A DNA stretch of 64,000 bases. It comes from Chiloscyllium plagiosum (Eukaryota). The position numbers were made by a program, and so were the translations under genes. Shown here one piece after another: positions 13,330 to 22,024 of this stretch. Under the pieces are notes generated by a model. That model did not search any database. It saw only the letters and a program-made list of their open reading frames with translations, and was not told the origin of the DNA. The stretch's first letter is position 1. Each line of letters begins with the position of its first letter. The DNA lies in the NCBI RefSeq assembly GCF_004010195.1, contig NC_057734.1, positions 21,357,261-21,421,260 of the forward strand, written 5' to 3'.

Positions 13330-13900
13330 AAATTATTCCTCGCACAACATACCAGTCTGGAAATTGGGAGAGCAAGAAGACCTCTGCACAGACGTTGCAG
13401 GAAGGAATGCCTGGGTTGGGAGCAGATGCAGCCTGTAAAGGGCCAGGCAGGTCCCAGTGCTAAGGTGCAACCAAAAGTCCTTGTGGCGATTTGCAAGAGC
13501 TTCTGGGCATGAGAATTTACAGCTTGGTGATGGGGTGGGAGAAAACAAGTCTTGCTATAAAATGAATCGGAATGGAGAACACCCTCCATGAAAAAGCAGG
13601 ACTGGGCACTAAATATCCCTGGATAGATGTACAAATAGGACAGGAAGATACTGGACATTCATCCTGAAGGAGTTAATTTGGGTACAAATTAGTAATAGAA
13701 CAGACCAGTTGTAAAAGTATCAGCAGGAAAGGTAATAGCAATTCTGAAGCAAAATATTAGAGTGGTTGTGTTGGGGTAGGAGTGAGAAAACAGCATTATT
13801 GCATGATAATCATCATGGAATAAAAAGGCTGCAATGGTTGACAAAAAAATGTCCAGATGTCAAGGAGAACTTAACTCAGCCAGATCTGCATTTCTGATGT
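13330..13900 (-). mobile_element. Decayed Tx1/L1-like LINE fragment
   Basis: Minus-strand peptide CPEALANRHKDF...LPTQAFL..NVCA resembles the SPELSNKHQD...LP..FL region downstream of RT in Tx1-type elements. Confidence 0.4.
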
Positions 13901-14549
13901 CTAGCTCAATGCTGGGTGGCAAATCTAGTTTTATTCTTTTCTTTAAACTTTACTCCAATTTGATGCAAAGTAGTCATTAGGCACTACAGAAGGCAGAAAG
14001 GAGGATTTAAGGGTCAACCACACTGTCGTGGGTATGAAGTTACATGTAAGACAAACCAGGTAATGGCCTATTTCTATCCTCCAACAAAGACATTTGTGAT
14101 GGACTTCAACATAAGTAATAGTTATATGGTCACCAGTTAATTAGTAATGAATTTAGTTAATTCAATTTGTCATTGAGATATGAATGCCTCCCCAGTGTAT
14201 TCACCTAGGCTCTGGATTTGCATGTTATGATGCCACTTCAGTGGCAGACAAGTTTCCACAAGTGACAAGACTAATCACTTTAAACTCAAAGGAGCTACCT
14301 ATTGATGGATTCTGGAGATTTTCATTCGTTAAAAAAAGATGCTATTGCTAAACACGCCAGTTAATAGGCAATTATACCTTATAGTCTAAATAAAAAGACT
14401 AGATAACTGACTAAAATGCATGCGTATTTCCCACTTTCAGTAAATAAGGACAGTGAACAGAAAAAAGATTTAATTTTGAACAAAGGTAGAAAGTTGACAT
14501 TGCAAATCTGATGCTGAAAGCAAATAAAGTGCCAATGAGTATAAATTTA

Positions 14550-15085
14550 CAAATCACAACACCAGGCATGCATCAACATGGGTGCACACCATTTGTGGGG
14601 TGAATTTGTACTTGCACAGTTACATTGTACTTTGCTCAAAAACTGCATGAATCCATGTAAGACTGTTAACTCACTTTTTAGATTAGAATCAGTCTAAACA
14701 TTATGGCACAGACAGGGAACACAGGGGGCTAACACCTTCAACATCTCACCTGCGCTGATACCATTTGTTACAGTTAACCTGAGAATGTAACTTTTAAAAA
14801 TGTTTTGTAATTTGCATATGAGAGTAGTGAAACTATCATGGTCATGCTAACAGATGAGAGACTTAAAGAACAATCAAGGTGTTTTTCAATGTATAATTTC
14901 AGATGCATCACACTGTAACCTTTTGCTATAAATTCTGTGTCTTACAATTGTGCCCTCCACAACCACCTGAAGGAGTGATGCTCCAAAAGCTAGCACTTCC
15001 AATTAAACCTGTTGGACTATAACCTGGTATTGAGAGATTTGTAACTTTGTACACCCCAGTCTATCACCAGCATCTCCAAACCAAG
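14550..15085. mobile_element. Penelope-derived repeat (same family as 30080-31035)
   Basis: Shares aaacctgttggactataacctggt...tttgtacaccccagtc and ggtgaatttgtacttgca...actttgctcaaaaactgcatgaatccatgtaagac with 30080-30785. Confidence 0.75.
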
Positions 15086-15399
15086 GAGTATAGATTGTAC
15101 CATTCATTGTACAGAAAACAGGTGCAGCAGAATATCCAGCAGCTGAACACAAAGAATTTGGTGGCGTAGGCCTCAGACACACACTACAATTCAGTAAAAT
15201 AATGGTTCATCTGGTGGAAAACACACCAGCTAATCAAGAATCCATGTACCTATGCATTTGAATATTCAACAACCCTGCCTCTACCAGCAGAGAGAAGGCT
15301 CAACCTCAAAAAGCATCTCATCTCAATCTTAAATAGAGAACTCTAAACAGCACCACAATTCCAGTCGCTTCCTTTCAGCACCCATCCGTTTTATAGAAT

Positions 15400-17030
15400 C
15401 CTCAAGATGCCACAATGCAAGAAAGCATACGGATTTTAGAAATGAGAACATTAGCTCTTCATAACGGGTCCCAGTTGGTCTAGACCCCACCTTGGGATAC
15501 CCTCCTCGCCGCACACACACACGCACACACACACCAGTCTCAAGAATCAGTCAAGTAAATATGCTTTAAATTCTTAAAGGAGACCAAAACTACAGCAATC
15601 CAGATGTGGTGTCACTAACACAATGTACTACAAAACATACATTGTTCCGGTTGTCTCTCAAATGAGAACATTCCATTTGGCTTAATTACTTGCTAAAACT
15701 GTGTTGCAATTAATTTGTATAACCAGGATCTAATGTTACTTCAAAGCTCTGCCACCTCTCCATTTAAATAATACTGCTTTTCTGTTCTGCCATGCAAAAA
15801 GGCAGACAAGTTAATGTTTTCCTATACAATACTGCATTCATCAAATCTGATGGAGCCTTTCCTAAATTCAATATATTTGGGGAAACCTAAACAAACGCAC
15901 ATACTGGGTTGACCATTTCTTAAGATCAAAGGATGAATTGCTTCAGGATCTGAGGATTTGTCATCCTCCATCTTTGCAAAATTGTAAATGTGCTCTTTCA
16001 CACAGTATCAGTTCCTTAGATGCCATGGATAGGAGGCCTCTCCTTAGTGTCTCACTGGTTTTATCTTGGCTGCATCTTTTGAAATATTTCCTTACAAGTG
16101 CCTGTATGGCAATCCTAACTGATCCCTTAAACTAATTTATTCACATTAACCATGTCAACGTTGATGCCCTCACCTTTAAAAACACTAACCTTAGATTTAC
16201 ACTCATACATAATTCAAATCATTATCACTACAACCTGGAACATCTGTAAATGTGATTTTTCAATTCTGTTGAATTGCATATCTCCGATTGGCTCGAGAGT
16301 ATATCGTTTTAAGAAACGGTTCCCCAAGCACTAAGCTCATTGGTCAGGGTACTTTGCCAACCTCACTGTCAAATCTATATCAATCTAATATGCCTCTCAC
16401 AAAGACTCAATTTCTTACTGAATATCCTATCCTATGGTGTGGTTAGTGTGACGATGCTAAGACATTGCTCCCACAATGGCCATGCCTTCATCAGCTCATC
16501 TCTAGCCCATATAGTTTCTAAGAGCATTTTCCTAACATACCAGAATTAATTAGTTACCAGACCCCACTACCTTCTCCCCTTCTGGTCCTTAGTTGTCCTG
16601 CAACATTAAATATTCAGGTCTCAGTCTCTATCATGCGATTTAAACAGAGAATGGATTTACTTTATAAAAAAGGTATTCAGGTTTGTACATTGTTGTTTGC
16701 TGCAACACTAATCGTTTCCCTTATTGGTGCCAGTAACTTCTTCCAAAACTATCCATTACTCCATTACGTAGTCTAAAACCCTCTACCACCCTGGTTATAT
16801 TCAACTTGCCCAAATACTGTTCCCAATTTGGTTCAGGTGGTGATGACCATCCCAATGGGATGGCATCCACTTCCTTTAGTGCTGGTGCCAGTGCTTCATG
16901 CATTAACCATTGCTCCAACATTCCTTTTCAAACAACGCACTTAACACTAATTTTAATCCAAGCTAACAGCATACTTAGAAATCCAAAAAGATTACCTTTG
17001 AGGCTCTATTTTTAAATTTTGCCCCAAATC
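15400..17030 (-). mobile_element. Heavily decayed CR1 LINE pieces
   Basis: ggagaccaaaac...tccagatgtggtgtcactaac and later cccaat...ctggtgccagtgcttcatg resemble CR1 ORF2 and ORF1 segments. Confidence 0.5.
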
Positions 17031-17673
17031 TCACTTGTTCTTAAGTTATGGCTAGGTTTTATTGACCAGTCCTTGAAAGAAGCAGTTTATAAATTTAACA
17101 GTTTCAGGAGTCCCACCCTCTGAACCAAACCAGATTATTGTAAACTGACTTGGAACAAGGCAATAAGAGGATTTTTTTGAAGGTGTGAGGATTCCAAAAA
17201 TTCTCAAAAAAGCCGAAAATTTAGCAAATGTTTTATAGAAGAATGGAGTTGGAAAAGTCTGGATTTGTGCCACAATATTCCAGCATAAGCGTATAGAACA
17301 GGACAATAAGTGTCAACCACTGGGGAAGGATACACAATATTGAACTTCAACTGGACTACAGCAGAGTAACATGTTTGGCAAATTCTGAAACCTTCAAAAG
17401 CTGCTTCAGCCACCTAAGCTTTTGAGGTGGGAGGCTTTTAAAAAATATGCTGAAAACTTAACTCAATCATGGTATAAGAACGCACACGATAAATATGAAA
17501 CTGATACCAAATCTCCCACTCGGCTACAGAAGGCCACTAAAATCTAAAAATCTAACACAGAAGTCCCTAGTTTCATTCCTCCTTCATCCAATTGGAGCTA
17601 TGCTCTACAAGCAAACTGAGACATAAAATACAAAGCCAAACAGTATTACCTGGTCTGTAATGCAGATTCTCAC

Positions 17674-17841
17674 CACCTCGACCAGGGAGTCCACCACCTC
17701 TTCCATCCCGGAGGGGGACACCACTTCGCATATTATTAAATTGCAATGGTGGTGGTGGTTGTTGCAGTTGTGGTTGAGGCTGTGGCTGCTGCTTCTTTCT
17801 TGCCATAGCAACCTTGATTGGGTTTGTATCAAACTCTTTGC
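17674..17841 (-). CDS. EWSR1: EWSR1 exon 13 (RRM end, Q/P-rich insert, RGG2 start)
   Basis: GKEFDTNPIKVAMARKKQQPQPQPQLQQPPPPLQFNNMRSGVPLRDGRGGGLPGRG; cag / gtgaga; 168 nt. Confidence 0.94.
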
Positions 17842-17927
17842 CTGAAAAAGGAATATAAATTACCATTAATGATAGAACAGGGAGCAATGTGTTTTGGTAT
17901 GAATGACAAAACCAAAAAAAAAATTAC

Positions 17928-18057
17928 CATCAAACCATTCTAGAGCAGCCTTCGCAGAAGGAGGATCATCATAGGACACAGTGGCTTCACCCTTAGGTTT
18001 TCCAGTTTCCTTATCAATGTAGATGTTGATCATAGGCTGCCCAGTTCGCTTGTTGAT
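17928..18057 (-). CDS. EWSR1: EWSR1 exon 12 (RRM core)
   Basis: [43 protein letters not shown]; 130 nt, tag / gtaatt. Confidence 0.97.
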
Positions 18058-18139
18058 CTAAAGACATACAGGTGCAAAATTAACAGCAAAGAAATTCCAA
18101 AAAATGCAGCATCAGTTGACAGTATACGCCAAAACAAAC

Positions 18140-18327
18140 CTTTATAGCACCAGTTTGCTTGAAGAAATCCAGAAGCCTTTCTGGAGTTATATTTTCACCC
18201 AAGCCTTGCACATATATAGTATCATTTTCCACATCTTCCTGTGGGGCTGGAGTCGGAGTTGGGGTTGGGGTTGGAGTCAGAACTGGAGCCGGAGCCGGTG
18301 GTGGTGGTGGTGGTTCAGCAGCTGCTA
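18140..18327 (-). CDS. EWSR1: EWSR1 exon 11 (Pro/Thr-rich linker and RRM start)
   Basis: (V)AAAEPPPPPPAPAPVLTPTPTPTPTPAPQEDVENDTIYVQGLGENITPERLLDFFKQTGAIK; acceptor cag|tagcag, donor gtttgt. Confidence 0.92.
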
Positions 18328-19204
18328 CTGCAAAACAAGTAGAGGACAGTTAAATGTTTTTGTCTTAACTCCAGTACCCATCACACAAGTTCAACTTGAG
18401 AACTTTTCTCAAGGTGTTAATATATTGTTGTGGTGATTCAAGTTACCATGAACATGGAGGAAAGGGTCATTGTATACAAACTTTTGAACCACACAAGTTA
18501 CCAATAAGGATGTCACTGTGCATGCAAATTAATTGTATCACAAAGTGAAAATGTTCAATGTGGATGTACTGTAGGAACCTCCCTAAAACAATGCAGGATG
18601 GAGGCAAAAGACCTTTGGTGCATTTGATGTTTTATTTACAGTTAACATTACAAGACTTAAAATTAAGGACTGAACCAATGATAGAGAAGGAAGCAAGGTT
18701 CTTAACACATTTGACAAGCCTTGTTAAAAAAAATTACATACTAAATATTGCTGGCTAATGCAAGTTATGCAAGGACAAAAACACCTAAGCTATTGGTTCT
18801 TCCAGAAACACATTCATATTAAATCCAACTCCAACAAACAAGTGTACAGGATAAGCAAGTGACTGACAGTTAAAGACAGTCAAGCCAGTAAATAAGCCAA
18901 TAAAACAAAAATCCAGTGAACTACTGATTAATGAGGTCATAAAAAGCTTTTGAAGTGTGCACTGAGATATCTTCAACTGCAGACAAGTTCTTTTCCTCAG
19001 CATTATAGTTATATAGGTAAACTGCTGTAACTAACTGTCTACTTGTTTATCTGAAACCCAAAGTCAAATCAAAGACAAAATACGGGTCTTCCAATTACAG
19101 CCTTCTTACACAAATTCAGGAGGATGCAGAATTTATATAAATGATAAAATCCAATCCTAAAAAATGTTTATAAAAAAAAACTTTGCAGGTAGCTATGCTA
19201 GCAG

Positions 19205-19410
19205 CTAAAGGGCAGGAACATTCAGGAAAATTACCGAGATTGGTCTGACAGTATCTGAAGAGAGAAGAGTTAATGTTTCAACTTCAGTGATCCCTTTGAA
19301 GAGTCACAAGACTCGAAACATTAACTCATCTTCTGTACAGATGCTGCCAAATCTGTTTCTCCAGCACTACTTTTGTTTCATATTCTTTGCATCTGCAATT
19401 GTGTTTATTT
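19205..19410. mobile_element. Penelope-derived foldback repeat, decayed
   Basis: Inverted gagttaatgtttc / gaaacattaactc pair, then cagatgctgcca...tttctccagca...gcatctgca tail. Confidence 0.55.
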
Positions 19411-19747
19411 ACCTATCAATGGTACTTTGTGGGGAGTCTTTGTTGGTGAAGCTGCTCCTTTTTGTCATCTTTAGTTAATCCCCAAAGCGCAGCTTTTCTC
19501 TGGATTGGTTTACTTAGCAAGCAGTAGTGTTTTTGAAGCTGCTGGACCCAAAGCAGGAGGTCAAGACTGGTGGTCTCTGACTTCTTTCCGATAAGAGCCT
19601 GATTTTGATTTTATTTGTGCCAAGGTGTCTACGGGGAATTGTTGCAAGTAATGGGGACAAGGTGGGATTCTCTGTTGGCTTTTCAGATAGGTTAAGTTAT
19701 TCTGTCCTCTTGTTTGTGCTTCATTCTGTAAACTTGTAAATATATTT

Positions 19748-20015
19748 GTGGTGGCACAGTGGCGAGCACTGCTGCCTCACAGCGCCAGGGACCTGAATTC
19801 GATTCCAGCTTCAGGCAAGTGTCTGTGTGGAATTTCCTCCAGGTGCTCCGGATTCCTCCCACAATTTAAAGATGCGCAGTTATGTAAATTGGCCATGCTA
19901 AATTGCAGCGTTCAAGGTTAGGTGCTTTAAATATAGGTTAACAGGGTAGGGGAACGGGTCAGCGTGGACTTGTTGGGCCGAAGGGCCTGTTTCCACACTG
20001 TAGGGATTCTATGAT
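19748..20015 (+). mobile_element. HE1-type SINE
   Basis: gtggcacagtggcgagcactgctgcctcacagcgccaggg head; ggccatgctaaattgc; gggcctgtttccacactgtagggattctatga tail. Confidence 0.9.
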
Positions 20016-20408
20016 ATTCTGTTGTTTGTTTAAAACAAAGTGGTTTAATCAGCTGCATCTCTCCTCGATTATTCCTTTTACACCAGCTTAAAACAACTAG
20101 CAAAGATTAACTGCTGTGAAACTACACGAAATGTATTTTTTGACTGATCAAATTATGTTAACCTACAAGATGGGAAAGCATGAAATTAGGTTTTGAATTG
20201 GACTGATAATTGGCAACTAGTTAATGAATTCTATAGTATGGATGCTGTGATTCACCCAAATGAAAGCACTGTATAAATCTATACACAAACAAGGAAATCA
20301 TTAAACATGAACCCTGCCCCACTCAAAAATGTTTTTGTGCGTTTAGTGTTACTTGCAACCACTTTCTAAACTATTGCATAAAACTGAAGCACAAAGCGTA
20401 ACATTTAT

Positions 20409-20710
20409 GGGCGGCACGGCGGTTAGCACTGCTGCCTCACAGCACCAGAGACTGGGGTTCAATTCCCGCCTCAGGCGACTGACTGTGTGGAGTTGGCACA
20501 TTCTCCCAGTGTCTGTGTGGGTTTCCTCCGGGTGCTCCGGTTTCCTCCCACAGTCCAAAAATGTGCAGGTTAGGTGAATTGGCCATGCTAAATTGCCCGT
20601 AGTGTTAGGTGCAAATGTAGGGGAATGGGTCTGGGTGGGTGCGCTTCGGGGGTCGGTGTGAACTTGTTGGGCCAAAGGGCCTGTTTCCACACCGAGTAAT
20701 CTAATCTAAA
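20409..20710 (+). mobile_element. HE1-type SINE
   Basis: Near-identical to the 33091 copy; (aatct)n tail. Confidence 0.93.
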
Positions 20711-20773
20711 TAAAACCCGATAAGAAATAGATAACTATTTATAAACGGGTGATACATTTTAATAAGCAATTAC

Positions 20774-20809
20774 CTGGTTCAGGCTCCGGAGTTTCTTCTA
20801 CAGCTGTTA
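20774..20809 (-). CDS. EWSR1: EWSR1 exon 10 (36-nt acidic exon)
   Basis: ttctcatccag|TA ACA GCT GTA GAA GAA ACT CCG GAG CCT GAA CCA G|gtaatt = (V)TAVEETPEPEP; phase 1/1 fits its neighbours. Confidence 0.8.
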
Positions 20810-21455
20810 CTGGATGAGAAGGAAAGAAAGCAGGAACAACATTATTTTGCATTCCACTAACCCAATACCTTTAAAAACATCTAGATCTAAAATTCCAGCA
20901 CCTTTTGGTTATTCATTCAACAGAGATGAACTGCAAATGCAAGACCATGATGTGAAATATTCTCCAGTGGAATTTAAAATTAAAAATGGTATTACTCAAA
21001 CTAAAACATCCCCATTTAAAATGTTTAAAATAAACCATTTGGTACTTTATACCACTTCTGACAAGTGGTCATTGACTTTTATTAAATTACCAGCACCAGG
21101 TAATTCAAAACCCATTTTAATGCAAGCCCTCACACTTAAAAGTGTTTACTCATTTTACATTTTCTATTCACCACTTTAGGTAATCTCAAACCCATTTTAA
21201 TGCACGCCCATCACTCAAGTGATTATTCACTTTATACATCCATTTTCACCATAGTATCAGGCAAAATGAAACCCATTTTAACGCAAACCCATTTTAATGC
21301 CGGCAGGCGACTCCAGTATATATACACACACACACACACGTATGTGTTGAATTTTGTATACAAGGAAATTTTACTACGCAAAAGTTTTTCCCCCAAATCA
21401 CAAACTTCAAAACACAAAAATGTATTGACTAACCATGTTAATGCTAAGAACTTAC

Positions 21456-21490
21456 CACCAGGCTTACTGAAGCCACCCCGGTCGACACCG
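21456..21490 (-). CDS. EWSR1: EWSR1 exon 9 (35 nt)
   Basis: ccctgcag|C GGT GTC GAC CGG GGT GGC TTC AGT AAG CCT GGT G|gtaagt = GVDRGGFSKPG. Confidence 0.94.
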
Positions 21491-21941
21491 CTGCAGGGAC
21501 AAATATGAAGAAATGAAGTATTCCCTTAAGCCAGTACCTCTTGAGCCTAAGGCTCAATGATGATGAAACTCGTGCCTCTTTTAAAGCACTGGCTAAGGCC
21601 TCTGAAGTTTCACCAGTTTTCATCTGCGAGTTTGCCTTTCTTCACAGTAGTTCTCCTAAAGCTTTCGTACACCCTCCAAAACCATATACACCTTCACTGT
21701 TTGACTTGCCAGTAACAGGGTTCTGAACAACTATAGTTGGTGCATGCAGTTTTATAACAGAACTGTTAAGAAACCATTAAACTAATTTTTACATTACTCT
21801 TTAACTTCCAATTAAATTACATATTACTGTATAATAAATACCATGTTTACATTACAAGTGTACAATACCATGCTTTTATGTATTACTCCACTTGCATACA
21901 CCATACATATTTTTTTGTCCATACATATGTAGAAAACGTGT

Positions 21942-22024
21942 CTAGTCCCATTTTTCAATATGCTGCCGGCTCAGTCAAAATAGTTTAAAGTATTGAAGTG
22001 TAAACAAGGCTCTCACTTTGTAAC
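21942..22024 (-). other. EWSR1: EWSR1 intron-8 alternative terminal/poison exon
   Basis: ctacag|G TTA CAA AGT GAG AGC CTT GTT TAC ACT TCA ATA CTT TAA = LQSESLVYTSIL*, in phase with exon 8. A second frame gives LSRQHIEKWD* (21974-21942). Both match the human short-isoform tail as I recall it. Confidence 0.8.

Noticed and set aside
12489-13658. 389-aa ORF, and the ORFs at 28999-29663
   Set aside because: Artefacts of translating through N gaps.
21557-21605. C/D-box snoRNA-like ATGATGA...CTGA
   Set aside because: Antisense to the host gene, only ~50 nt, and no terminal stem.
21538-21722. Possible cassette exon (ttcag ... gag|gtactg) upstream of EWSR1 exon 9
   Set aside because: The downstream intron would be only 47 nt and the donor is weak. 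An alternative acceptor extending exon 9 cannot be excluded.
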